From Eledone cirrhosa (Eukaryota), in the NCBI GenBank assembly GCA_964016885.1, contig OZ024741.1:412238001-412302000 (forward strand): a stretch of 64,000 bases of DNA. Direction: 5' to 3'. Below are positions 15,001 to 29,937 of this stretch, in pieces. Position 1 is the stretch's first letter. Each line of letters starts with the position of its first letter. The notes beneath the pieces were generated by a model. The model was not told where the DNA came from. It made no database searches and was given only the letters and a program-made list of their open reading frames with translations. Both the position numbers and the translations under genes were made by a program.

Positions 15001-18000
15001 TAACATGGCTGCTATTATATTAGTTAACTGTAACATGGCTGCTATTATCTTAGTTAACTGTAACATGACTGCTATTATCTTAGTTAACTGTAACATGACT
15101 GCTATTATCTTAGTTAACTGTAACATAACTGCTATTATCTTAGTTAACTGTAACTTGACTGCTATTATCTTAGTTAAATGTAACATGACTGCTATTATCT
15201 TAGTTAACTGTAACATGACTGCTATTATCTTAGTTAACTGTAACATGGCTGCTATTAACTTAGTTAACTGTAACGTGGCTGCAATTATCTTAGTTAACTG
15301 TAACATGGCTGCTATTAACTTAGTTAACTATAACATGGCTGCTATTAACTTAGTTAACTGTAACATGACAGCTATTATCTTAGTTAACTGTTACATGACT
15401 GCTATTATCTTAGTTAACTGTAACATGGCCGCTATTATCTTAGTTAATTGTAACATGACTGCTATTATCTTAGTTAAACGTAACATGACTGCTATTGTCT
15501 TAGTTAACTATAACATGACTGCTATTACATTAGTTAACTGTAACATGACTGCTATTAACTTAGTTAACTGTAACATGGCTGCTATTATCTTAGTTAACTG
15601 TAACATGACTGCTATTATCTTAGTTAATTGTAACGTGACTGCTATTATCTTAGTTAAATGTAACATCACAACTATTACCTTAGTTAACTGTAACATGACT
15701 GATATTATCTTAGTTAACTGTAACATGGCTGCTATTACCTTAGTTAACTGTAACATGACTGCTATTATCTTAGTTAACTGTAACATGGCTGCTATTATAT
15801 TAGTTAACTGTAACATGGCTGCTATTATCTTAGTTAACTGTAACATGACTGCTATTATCTTAGTTAACTGTAACATGACTGCTATTATCTTAGTTAACTG
15901 TAACATAACTGCTATTATCTTAGTTAACTGTAACTTGACTGCTATTACCTTAGTTAACTGTAACATGACTGCTATTATCTTAGTTAAATGTAACATGACT
16001 GCTATTATCTTAGTTAACTGTAACATGACTGCTATTATCTTAGTTAACTGTAACATGACTGCTATTATCTTAGTTAACTGTAACTTGACTGCTATTAACT
16101 TAGTTAACTGTAACATGACTGCTATTATCTTAGTTAAATGTAACATGACTGCTATTATCTTAGTTAACTGTAACATGGCTGCTATTAACTTAGTTAACTG
16201 TAACATGGCTGCTATTAACTTAGTTAACTGTAACATGACTGCTATTATCTTAGTTAACTGTAACATGACAGCTATTATCTTAGTTAACTGTAACATGACT
16301 GCTATAACCTTAGTTAACTGTAACAGGGCTGCTATTATCTTAGTTAACTGTAACGTGGATGCTATTACCTTTGTTAACTGTAACGTGGCTGCAATTATCT
16401 TAGTTAACTGTAACATGACTGCTATGACCTTTGTTAACTGTAAGATGACTGCTATTACCTTAGTTAAATGTAACATGACTGCTATTATCTTAGTTAACTG
16501 TAACATGGCTGCTATTATATTAGTTAACTGTAACATGACTGCTATTAACTTAGTTAACTGTAACATGACTGCTATTACCTTAGTTAACTGTAACATGACT
16601 GCTATTACCTTAGTTAACTGTAACATGACAGCTATTATCTTAGTTAACTGTTACATGACTGCTATTATCTTAGTTAATTGTAACATGACTGCTATTATCT
16701 TAGTTAAACGTAACATGACTGCTATTGTCTTAGTTAACTGTAACATGACTGCTATTACATTAGTTAACTGTAACATGACTGCTATTAACTTAGTTAACTG
16801 TAACATGACTGCTATTAACTTAGTTAACTGTAACATGACTGCTATTACCTTAGTTAACTATAACATGACTGCTATTACCTTAGTTAACTGTAACATGACA
16901 GCTATTATCTTAGTTAACTGTTACATGACTGCTATTATCTTAGTTAACTGTAACATGACTGCTATTATCTTAGTTAAACGTAACATGACTGCTATTGTCT
17001 TAGTTAACTGTAACATGACTGCTATTACATTAGTTAACTGTAACATGACTGCTATTAACTTAGTTAACTGTAACATGGCTGCTATTATCTTAGTTAACTG
17101 TAACATGACTGCTATTATCTTAGTTAAATGTAACGTGACTGCTATTATCTTAGTTAAATGTAACATCACAACTATTACCTTAGTTAACTGTAACATGACT
17201 GATATTATCTTAGTTAACTGTAACATGGCTGCTATTACCTTAGTTAACTGTAACATGACTGCTATTATCTTAGTTAACTGTAACATGGCTGCTATTATAT
17301 TAGTTAACTGTAACATGGCTGCTATTATCTTAGTTAACTGTAACATGACTGCTATTATCTTAGTTAACTGTAACATGACTGCTATTATCTTAGTTAACTG
17401 TAACATAACTGCTATTATCTTAGTTAACTGTAACTTGACTGCTATTATCTTAGTTAAATGTAACATGACTGCTATTATCTTAGTTAACTGTAACATGACT
17501 GCTATTATCTTAGTTAACTGTAACATGGCTGCTATTAACTTAGTTAACTGTAACGTGGCTGCAATTATCTTAGTTAACTGTAACATGGCTGCTATTAACT
17601 TAGTTAACTATAACATGGCTGCTATTAACTTAGTTAACTGTAACATGACAGCTATTATCTTAGTTAACTGTTACATGACTGCTATTATCTTAGTTAACTG
17701 TAACATGGCCGCTATTATCTTAGTTAATTGTAACATGACTGCTATTATCTTAGTTAAACGTAACATGACTGCTATTGTCTTAGTTAACTATAACATGACT
17801 GCTATTACATTAGTTAATTAGTTAACTGTAACATGACTGCTATTAACTTAGTTAACTGTAACATGGCTGCTATTATCTTAGTTAACTGTAACATGACTGC
17901 TATTATCTTAGTTAATTGTAACGTGACTGCTATTATCTTAGTTAAATGTAACATCACAACTATTACCTTAGTTAACTGTAACATGACTGATATTATCTTA

Positions 18001-21000
18001 GTTAACTGTAACATGGCTGCTATTAACTTAGTTAACTGTAACATGACTGCTATTATCTTAGTTAACTGTAACATGGCTGCTATTATATTAGTTAACTGTA
18101 ACATGGCTGCTATTATCTTAGTTAACTGTAACATGACTGCTATTATCTTAGTTAACTGTAACATGACTGCTATTATCTTAGTTAACTGTAACATAACTGC
18201 TATTATCTTAGTTAACTGTAACTTGACTGCTATTACCTTAGTTAACTGTAACATGACTGCTATTATCTTAGTTAAATGTAACATGACTGCTATTAACTTA
18301 GTTAACTGTAACATGACTGCTATTACCTTAGTTAACTATAACATGACTGCTATTACATTAGTTAACTGTAACATGACAGCTATTATCTTAGTTAACTGTT
18401 ACATGACTACTATTATCTTAGTTAACTGTAACATGACAGCTATTATCTTAGTTAACTGTTACATGACTGCTATTATCTTAGTTAACTGTAACATGGCTGC
18501 TATTATCTTAGTTAATTGTAACATGACTGCTATTATCTTAGTTAAACGTAACATGACTGCTATTGTCTTAGTTAACTGTAACATGACTGCTATTACATTA
18601 GTTAACTGTAACATGACTGCTATTAACTTAGTTAACTGTAACATGACTGCTATTAACTTAGTTAACTGTAACATGACTGCTATTACCTTAGTTAACTGTA
18701 ACATGACTGCTATTACCTTAGTTAACTGTAACATGACAGCTATTATCTTAGTTAACTGTTACATGACTGCTATTATCTTAGTTAACTGTAACATGACTGC
18801 TATTATCTTAGTTAAACGTAACATGACTGCTATTGTCTTAGTTAACTGTAACATGACTGCTATTACATTAGTTAACTGTAACATGACTGCTATTAACTTA
18901 GTTAACTGTAACATGGCTGCTATTATCTTAGTTAACTGTAACATGACTGCTATTATCTTAGTTAAATGTAACGTGACTGCTATTATCTTAGTTAAATGTA
19001 ACATCACAACTATTACCTTAGTTAACTGTAACATGACTGATATTATCTTAGTTAACTGTAACATGGCTGCTATTACCTTAGTTAACTGTAACATGACTGC
19101 TATTATCTTAGTTAACTGTAACATGGCTGCTATTATATTAGTTAACTGTAACATGGCTGCTATTAACTTAGTTAACTGTAACGTGGCTGCAATTATGTTA
19201 GTTAACTGTAACATGGCTGCTATTAACTTAGTTAACTATAACATGGCTGCTATTAACTTAGTTAACTGTAACATGACAGCTATTATCTTAGTTAACTGTT
19301 ACATGACTGCTATTATCTTAGTTAACTGTAACATGGCCGCTATTATCTTAGTTAATTGTAACATGACTGCTATTATCTTAGTTAAACGTAACATGACTGC
19401 TATTGTCTTAGTTAACTATAACATGACTGCTATTACATTAGTTAACTGTAACATGACTGCTATTAACTTAGTTAACTGTAACATGGCTGCTATTATCTTA
19501 GTTAACTGTAACATGACTGCTATTATCTTAGTTAATTGTAACGTGACTGCTATTATCTTAGTTAAATGTAACATCACAACTATTACCTTAGTTAACTGTA
19601 ACATGACTGATATTATCTTAGTTAACTGTAACATGGCTGCTATTACCTTAGTTAACTGTAACATGACTGCTATTATCTTAGTTAACTGTAACATGGCTGC
19701 TATTATATTAGTTAACTGTAACATGGCTGTTATTATCTTAGTTAACTGTAACATGACTGCTATTATCTTAGTTAACTGTAACATGACTGCTATTATCTTA
19801 GTTAACTGTAACATAACTGCTATTATCTTAGTTAACTGTAACTTGACTGCTATTACCTTAGTTAACTGTAACATGACTGCTATTATCTTAGTTAAATGTA
19901 ACATGACTGCTATTATCTTAGTTAACTGTAACATGACTGCTATTATCTTAGTTAACTGTAACATGACTGCTATTATCTTAGTTAACTGTAACTTGACTGC
20001 TATTAACTTAGTTAACTGTAACATGACTGCTATTATCTTAGTTAAATGTAACATGACTGCTATTATCTTAGTTAACTGTAACATGGCTGCTATTAACTTA
20101 GTTAACTGTAACATGGCTGCTATTAACTTAGTTAACTGTAACATGACTGCTATTATCTTAGTTAACTGTAACATGACAGCTATTATCTTAGTTAACTGTA
20201 ACATGACTGCTATAACCTTAGTTAACTGTAACAGGGCTGCTATTATCTTAGTTAACTGTAACGTGGATGCTATTACCTTTGTTAACTGTAACGTGGCTGC
20301 AATTATCTTAGTTAACTGTAACATGACTGCTATGACCTTAGTTAACTGTAAGATGACTGCTATTACCTTAGTTAAATGTAACATGACTGCTATTATCTTA
20401 GTTAACTGTAACATGGCTGCTATTATATTAGTTAACTGTAACATGACTGCTATTAACTTAGTTAACTGTAACATGACTGCTATTACCTTAGTTAACTGTA
20501 ACATGACTGCTATTACCTTAGTTAACTGTAACATGACAGCTATTATCTTAGTTAAACGTAACATGACTGCTATTGTCTTAGTTAACTGTAACATGACTGC
20601 TATTACATTAGTTAACTGTAACATGACTGCTATTAACTTAGTTAACTGTAACATGACTGCTATTAACTTAGTTAACTGTAACATGACTGCTATTACCTTA
20701 GTTAACTATAACATGACTGCTATTACCTTAGTTAACTGTAACATGACAGCTATTATCTTAGTTAACTGTTACATGACTGCTATTATCTTAGTTAACTGTA
20801 ACATGACAGCTATTATCTTAGTTAACTGTTACATGACTGCTATTATCTTAGTTAACTGTAACATGGCTGCTATTATCTTAGTTAATTGTAACATGACTGC
20901 TATTATCTTAGTTAAACGTAACATGACTGCTATTATCTTAGTTAACTGTAACATGACTGCTATTATCTTAGTTAACTGTAACATAACTGCTATTATCTTA

Positions 21001-24000
21001 GTTAACTGTTACATGACTGCTATTATCTTAGTTAACTGAAACATGACAGCTATTATCTTAGTTAACTGTTACATGACTGCTATTATCTTAGTTAACTGTA
21101 ACATGGCTGCTATTATATTAGTTAACTGTAACATGGCTGCTATTATCTTAGTTAACTGTAACATGACTGCTATTATCTTAGTTAACTGTAACATGACTGC
21201 TATTATCTTAGTTAACTGTAACATAACTGCTATTATCTTAGTTAACTGTAACTTGACTGCTATTACCTTAGTTAACTGTAACATGACTGCTATTATCTTA
21301 GTTAAATGTAACATGACTGCTATTATCTTAGTTAACTGTAACATGACTGCTATTATCTTAGTTAACTGTAACATGGCTGCTATTAACTTAGTTAACTGTA
21401 ACGTGGATGCTATTACCTTTGTTAACTGTAACGTGGCTGCAATTATCTTAGTTAACTGTAACATGACTGCTATTATCTTAGTTAACTGTAACATGGCTGC
21501 TATTATCTTAGTTAACTGTAACATGACTGCTATTACCTTAGTTAACTGTAACATGACTGCTATTACCTTAGTCAACTGTAACATGACTGCTATTATTTTA
21601 GTTAACTGTAACATGACTGCTATTATCATAGTTAAATGTAACGTGATGCTATTATCTTAGTTAAATGTAACATCACAACTATTACCTTAGTTAACTGTAA
21701 CATGACTGATATTATCTTAGTTAACTGTAACATGGCTGCTATTACCTTAGTTAACTGTAACATGGCTGCTATTATCTTAGTTAACTGTAACTTGACTGCT
21801 ATTACCTTAGTTAACTGTAACATGACTGCTATTATCTTAGTTAAATGTAACGTGACTGCTATTATCTTAGTTAAATGTAACATCACAACTATTACCTTAG
21901 TTAACTGTAACATGACTGATATTATCTTAGTTAACTGTAACATGGCTGCTATTACCTTAGTTAACTGTAACATGGCTGCTATTATCTTAGTTAACTGTAA
22001 CATGACTGCTATTATCTTAGTTAACTGTAACATGACTGCTATTATCTTAGTTAACTGTAACATGACTGCTATTATCTTAGTTAACTGTAACTTGACTGCT
22101 ATTACCTTAGTTAACTGTAACATGACTGCTATTATCTTAGTTAAATGTAACATGACTGCTATTATCTTAGTTAACTGTAACATGGCTGCTATTAACTTAG
22201 TTAACTGTAACATGGCTGCTATTAACTTAGTTAACTGTAACATGACTGCTATTATCTTAGTTAACTGTAACATGATAGCTATTATCTTAGTTAACTGTAA
22301 CATGACTGCTATAACCTTAGTTAACTGTAACAGGGCTGCTATTATCTTAGTTAACTGTAACGTGGATGCTATTACCTTTGTTAACTGTAACGTGGCTGCA
22401 ATTATCTTAGTTAACTGTAACATGACTGCTATGACCTTAGTTAACTGTAAGATGACTGCTATTACCTTAGTTAAATGTAACATGACTGCTATTATCTTAG
22501 TTAACTGTAACATGGCTGCTATTATATTAGTTAACTGTAACATGACTGCTATTAACTTAGTTAACTGTAACATGACTGCTATTACCTTAGTTAACTGTAA
22601 CATGACTGCTATTACCTTAGTTAACTGTAACATGACAGCTATTATCTTAGTTAACTGTTACATGACTGCTATTATGTTAGTTAATTGTAACATGACTGCT
22701 ATTATCTTAGTTAAACGTAACATGACTGCTATTGTCTTAGTTAACTGTAACATGACTGCTATTACATTAGTTAACTGTAACATGACTGCTATTAACTTAG
22801 TTAACTGTAACATGACTGCTATTAACTTAGTTAACTGTAACATGACTGCTATTACCTTAGTTAACTATAACATGACTGCTATTACCTTAGTTAACTGTAA
22901 CATGACAGCTATTATCTTAGTTAACTGTTACATGACTACTATTATCTTAGTTAACTGTAACATGACAGCTATTATCTTAGTTAACTGTTACATGACTGCT
23001 ATTATCTTAGTTAACTGTAACATGGCTGCTATTATCTTAGTTAATTGTAACATGACTGCTATTATCTTAGTTAAACGTAACATGACTGCTATTGTCTTAG
23101 TTAACTGTAACATGACTGCTATTACATTAGTTAACTGTAACATGACTGCTATTAACTTAGTTAACTGTAACATGACTGCTATTAACTTAGTTAACTGTAA
23201 CATGACTGCTATTACCTTAGTTAACTGTAACATGACTGCTATTACCTTAGTTAACTGTAACATGACAGCTATTATCTTAGTTAACTGTTACATGACTGCT
23301 ATTATCTTAGTTAACTGTAACATGACTGCTATTATCTTAGTTAAACGTAACATGACTGCTATTGTCTTAGTTAACTGTAACATGACTGCTATTACATTAG
23401 TTAACTGTAACATGACTGCTATTAACTTAGTTAACTGTAACATGGCTGCTATTATCTTAGTTAACTGTAACATGACTGCTATTATCTTAGTTAAATGTAA
23501 CGTGACTGCTATTATCTTAGTTAAATGTAACATCACAACTATTACCTTAGTTAACTGTAACATGACTGATATTATCTTAGTTAACTGTAACATGGCTGCT
23601 ATTACCTTAGTTAACTGTAACATGACTGCTATTATCTTAGTTAACTGTAACATGGCTGCTATTATATTAGTTAACTGTAACATGGCTGCTATTATCTTAG
23701 TTAACTGTAACATGACTGCTATTATCTTAGTTAACCGTAACATGGCTGCTATTATCTTAGTTAACTGTAACATGACTGCTATTACCTTAGTTAACTGTAA
23801 CATGACTGCTATTACCTTAGTCAACTGTAACATGACTGCTATTATCTTAGTTAACTGTAACATGACTGCTATTATCTTAGTTAAATGTAACGTGACTGCT
23901 ATTATCTTAGTTAAATGTAACATCACAACTATTACCTTAGTTAACTGTAACATGACTGATATTATCTTAGTTAACTGTAACATGGCTGCTATTACCTTAG

Positions 24001-27000
24001 TTAACTGTAACATGGCTGCTATTATCTTAGTTAACTGTAACATGACTGCTATTATCTTAGTTAACGGTAACATGACTGCTATTATCTTAGTTAACTGTAA
24101 CATGACTGCTATTATCTTAGTTAACTGTAACTTGACTGCTATTATCTTAGTTAAATGTAACATGACTGCTATTATCTTAGTTAACTGTAACATGGCTGCT
24201 ATTAACTTAGTTAAATGTAACATGACTGCTATTATCTTAGTTAACGGTAACATGGCTGCTATTAACTTAGTTAACTGTAACATGGCTGCTATTAACTTAG
24301 TTAACTGTAACGTGGATGCTATTACCTTTGTTAACTGTAACGTGGCTGCAATTATCTTAGTTAACTGTAACATGACTGCTATGACCTTAGTTAACTGTAA
24401 GATGACTGCTATTACCATAGTTAAATGTAACATGACTGCTATTATCTTAGTTAACTGTAACATGGCTGCTATTATATTAGTTAACTGTAACATGACTGCT
24501 ATTAACTTAGTTAACTGTAACATGACTGCTATTACCTTAGTTAACTGTAACATGACTGCTATTACCTTAGTTAACTGTAACATGACAGCTATTATCTTAG
24601 TTAACTGTTACATGACTGCTATTATGTTAGTTAATTGTAACATGACTGCTATTATCTTAGTTAAACGTAACATGACTGCTATTGTCTTAGTTAACTGTAA
24701 CATGACTGCTATTACATTAGTTAACTGTAACATGACTGCTATTAACTTAGTTAACTGTAACATGACTGCTATTAACTTAGTTAACTGTAACATGACTGCT
24801 ATTACCTTAGTTAACTATAACATGACTGCTATTACCTTAGTTAACTGTAACATGACAGCTATTATCTTAGTTAACTGTTACATGACTACTATTATCTTAG
24901 TTAACTGTAACATGACAGCTATTATCTTAGTTAACTGTTACATGACTGCTATTATCTTAGTTAACTGTAACATGGCTGCTATTATCTTAGTTAATTGTAA
25001 CATGACTGCTATTATCTTAGTTAAACGTAACATGACTGCTATTGTCTTAGTTAACTGTAACATGACTGCTATTACATTAGTTAACTGTAACATGACTGCT
25101 ATTAACTTAGTTAACTGTAACATGACTGCTATTAACTTAGTTAACTGTAACATGACTGCTATTACCTTAGTTAACTGTAACATGACTGCTATTACCTTAG
25201 TTAACTGTAACATGACAGCTATTATCTTAGTTAACTGTTACATGACTGCTATTATCTTAGTTAACTGTAACATGACTGCTATTATCTTAGTTAAACGTAA
25301 CATGACTGCTATTGTCTTAGTTAACTGTAACATGACTGCTATTACATTAGTTAACTGTAACATGACTGCTATTAACTTAGTTAACTGTAACATGGCTGCT
25401 ATTATCTTAGTTAACTGTAACATGACTGCTATTATCTTAGTTAAATGTAACGTGACTGCTATTATCTTAGTTAAATGTAACATCACAACTATTACCTTAG
25501 TTAACTGTAACATGACTGATATTATCTTAGTTAACTGTAACATGGCTGCTATTACCTTAGTTAACTGTAACATGACTGCTATTATCTTAGTTAACTGTAA
25601 CATGGCTGCTATTATATTAGTTAACTGTAACATGGCTGCTATTATCTTAGTTAACTGTAACATGACTGCTATTATCTTAGTTAACTGTAACATGACTGCT
25701 ATTATCTTAGTTAACTGTAACATAACTGCTATTATCTTAGTTAACTGTAACTTGACTGCTATTATCTTAGTTAAATGTAACATGACTGCTATTATCTTAG
25801 TTAACTGTAACATGACTGCTATTATCTTAGTTAACTGTAACATGGCTGCTATTAACTTAGTTAACTGTAACGTGGCTGCAATTATCTTAGTTAACTGTAA
25901 CATGGCTGCTATTAACTTAGTTAACTATAACATGGCTGCTATTAACTTAGTTAACTGTAACATGACAGCTATTATCTTAGTTAACTGTTACATGACTGCT
26001 ATTATCTTAGTTAACTGTAACATGGCCGCTATTATCTTAGTTAATTGTAACATGACTGCTATTATCTTAGTTAAACGTAACATGACTGCTATTGTCTTAG
26101 TTAACTATAACATGACTGCTATTACATTAGTTAACTGTAACATGACTGCTATTAACTTAGTTAACTGTAACATGGCTGCTATTATCTTAGTTAACTGTAA
26201 CATGACTGCTATTATCTTAGTTAATTGTAACGTGACTGCTATTATCTTAGTTAAATGTAACATCACAACTATTACCTTAGTTAACTGTAACATGACTGAT
26301 ATTATCTTAGTTAACTGTAACATGGCTGCTATTACCTTAGTTAACTGTAACATGACTGCTATTATCTTAGTTAACTGTAACATGGCTGCTATTATATTAG
26401 TTAACTGTAACATGGCTGCTATTATCTTAGTTAACTGTAACATGACTGCTATTATCTTAGTTAACTGTAACATGACTGCTATTATCTTAGTTAACTGTAA
26501 CATAACTGCTATTATCTTAGTTAACTGTAACTTGACTGCTATTACCTTAGTTAACTGTAACATGACTGCTATTATCTTAGTTAAATGTAACATGACTGCT
26601 ATTAACTTAGTTAACTGTAACATGACTGCTATTACCTTAGTTAACTATAACATGACTGCTATTACATTAGTTAACTGTAACATGACAGCTATTATCTTAG
26701 TTAACTGTTACATGACTACTATTATCTTAGTTAACTGTAACATGACAGCTATTATCTTAGTTAACTGTTACATGACTGCTATTATCTTAGTTAACTGTAA
26801 CATGGCTGCTATTATCTTAGTTAATTGTAACATGACTGCTATTATCTTAGTTAAACGTAACATGACTGCTATTGTCTTAGTTAACTGTAACATGACTGCT
26901 ATTACATTAGTTAACTGTAACATGACTGCTATTAACTTAGTTAACTGTAACATGACTGCTATTAACTTAGTTAACTGTAACATGACTGCTATTACCTTAG

Positions 27001-29785
27001 TTAACTGTAACATGACTGCTATTACCTTAGTTAACTGTAACATGACAGCTATTATCTTAGTTAACTGTTACATGACTGCTATTATCTTAGTTAACTGTAA
27101 CATGACTGCTATTATCTTAGTTAAACGTAACATGACTGCTATTGTCTTAGTTAACTGTAACATGACTGCTATTACATTAGTTAACTGTAACATGACTGCT
27201 ATTAACTTAGTTAACTGTAACATGGCTGCTATTATCTTAGTTAACTGTAACATGACTGCTATTATCTTAGTTAAATGTAACGTGACTGCTATTATCTTAG
27301 TTAAATGTAACATCACAACTATTACCTTAGTTAACTGTAACATGACTGATATTATCTTAGTTAACTGTAACATGGCTGCTATTACCTTAGTTAACTGTAA
27401 CATGACTGCTATTATCTTAGTTAACTGTAACATGGCTGCTATTATATTAGTTAACTGTAACATGGCTGCTATTATCTTAGTTAACTGTAACATGACTGCT
27501 ATTATCTTAGTTAACTGTAACATGACTGCTATTATCTTAGTTAACTGTAACATAACTGCTATTATCTTAGTTAACTGTAACTTGACTGCTATTATCTTAG
27601 TTAAATGTAACATGACTGCTATTATCTTAGTTAACTGTAACATGACTGCTATTATCTTAGTTAACTGTAACATGGCTGCTATTAACTTAGTTAACTGTAA
27701 CGTGGCTGCAATTATCTTAGTTAACTGTAACATGGCTGCTATTAACTTAGTTAACTATAACATGGCTGCTATTAACTTAGTTAACTGTAACATGACAGCT
27801 ATTATCTTAGTTAACTGTTACATGACTGCTATTATCTTAGTTAACTGTAACATGGCCGCTATTATCTTAGTTAATTGTAACATGACTGCTATTATCTTAG
27901 TTAAACGTAACATGACTGCTATTGTCTTAGTTAACTATAACATGACTGCTATTACATTAGTTAACTGTAACATGACTGCTATTAACTTAGTTAACTGTAA
28001 CATGGCTGCTATTATCTTAGTTAACTGTAACATGACTGCTATTATCTTAGTTAATTGTAACGTGACTGCTATTATCTTAGTTAAATGTAACATCACAACT
28101 ATTACCTTAGTTAACTGTAACATGACTGATATTATCTTAGTTAACTGTAACATGGCTGCTATTACCTTAGTTAACTGTAACATGACTGCTATTATCTTAG
28201 TTAACTGTAACATGGCTGCTATTACCTTAGTTAACTGTAACATGGCTGCTATTACCTTAGTTAACTGTAAGATGGCTGAATATACCTTAGTTAACTGTAA
28301 CATGACTGCTATTACCTTAGTTAACTGTAACATGACTGCTATTAACTTAGTTAACTGTAACATGACTGCTATTATCTTAGGTAACTGTAACATGGCTGCT
28401 ATTACCTTAGTTAACTGTAACATGACTGCTATTACCTTAGTTAACTGTAACATTACTGCTATTACCTTAGTTAACTGTAACATGACTGATATTACCTTAG
28501 TTAACTGTAACATTACTGCTATTACCTTAGTTAACTGTAACATTACTGCTATTACCTTAGTTAACTGTAACATGACTGCTATTACCTTAGTTAACTGTAA
28601 CATTACTGCTATTACCTTAGTTAACTGTAACATGACTGCTATTACCTTAGTTAACTGTAACATTACTGCTATTACCTTAGTTAACTGTAACATGACTGAT
28701 ATTACCTTAGTTAACTGTAACATGACTGCTATTATCTTAGTTAACTGTAACATGACTGCTATTACGTTAGTTAACTGTAACCTGGCTGATATTACCTTAG
28801 TTAACTGTAACATGACTGCTATTATCTTAGTTAACTGTAACATGACTGCTATTACCTTAGTTAACTGTAACATGGCTGCTATTACCTTAGTTAACTGTAA
28901 CATGACTGCTATTACCTTAGTTGACTGTAACATGGCTGCTATTACCTTAGTTAACTGTCACATGGCTGATATTATCTTAGTTAACTGTAACATGACTACT
29001 ATTACCTTAGTTAACTGTAACATGGCTGCTATTACCTTAGTTAACTGTAACATGACTGATATTACCTTAGTTAACTGTAACATGACTGCTATTACCTTAG
29101 TTAAATGTAACATGGCTGCTATTACCTTAGTTAACTGTAACATGACTGATATTACCTTAGTTAACTGTAACATGACTGCTATTACCTTAGTTAAATGTAA
29201 CATGGCTGCTATTACCTTAGTTAACTGTAACATGACTGATATTACCTTAGTTAACTGTAACATGACTGCTATTACCTTAGTTAACTGTAACATGACTGAT
29301 ATTACCTTAGTTAACTGTAACATGACTGATATTACCTTAGTTAACTGTAACATGACTGCTATTATCTTAGTTAACTGTAACATGGCTGCTATTACCTTAG
29401 TTAACTGTAACATGACTGCTATTACCTTAGTTAACTGTAACATGACTGCTATTATCTTAGTTAACTGTAACATGACTGCTATTACCTTAGTTAACTGTAA
29501 CATGGCTGCTATTACCTTAGTTAACTGTAACATGGCTGCTATTACCTTAGTTAACTGTAAAATGGCTGATATTACCTTAGTTAACTGTAAAATGGCTGAT
29601 ATTACCTTAGTTAACTGTAACATGACTGCTATTATCTTAGTTAACTGTAAGATGGCTGCTATTACCTTAGTTAACTGTAACATGACTGCTATTACCTTAG
29701 TTAACTATAAAATGGCTGCTATTATCTTAGTTAACTGTAGCATGTCTGCTATTACCTTAGTTAACTGTAAGATGGCTGCTATCTT
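1..29785. repeat. 30-bp tandem satellite, consensus TAACATGACTGCTATTATCTTAGTTAACTG, ~990 monomers, continuing beyond the left window edge
   Basis: Exact 30-bp periodicity is visible throughout. The only phase shifts are at ~17818 (8-bp TTAGTTAA duplication) and ~21646 (1-bp deletion). Most monomers carry the palindrome AGTTAACT (HpaI GTTAAC). Confidence 0.99.
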
Positions 29786-29805
29786 TAAAAGACTAAAATA
29801 TTTAC

Positions 29806-29886
29806 CTTACATAACTGTAACATGGCCGGTATTATCTTTTCCTTCTGGTTTAATTCAGGAATTTCTTCCATAAAACTTGATAATTT
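29806..29886 (-). CDS. Candidate internal coding exon of an unidentified host gene (KLSSFMEEIPELNQKEKIIPAMLQLCK, phase 0/0)
   Basis: Minus strand: acceptor ttacatttgaacAG|AAA and donor AAG|GTAAAT; 81 nt = 27 codons with no stop; joins in frame with the exon at 32704-32889. Confidence 0.6.
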
Positions 29887-29937
29887 CTGTTCAAATGTAA
29901 AATGGAGGGAATGATATGCATATATATATATATATAT

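Noticed and set aside
835-29683. Many minus-strand MLQLTKIIAV ORFs
   Set aside because: They are translations of the satellite, repeatedly interrupted by stop-creating variants that were themselves amplified.
1-29785. CRISPR-like array (30-bp repeats)
   Set aside because: No unique spacers, no cas genes, and a eukaryotic context.
5-29873. Giant + strand ORFs (5938, 1068 and 2723 aa) of MTAIILVNCN repeats, superficially pentapeptide-repeat/beta-solenoid-like
   Set aside because: The 30-bp unit is stop-free in this frame and only 3 of 90 single substitutions create a stop, so long ORFs are expected by chance. Variants are mostly non-synonymous, and the frame is broken at ~17818, 21037 and ~21646. 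No evidence of coding selection; proteomics or Ribo-seq would be needed to revive it.
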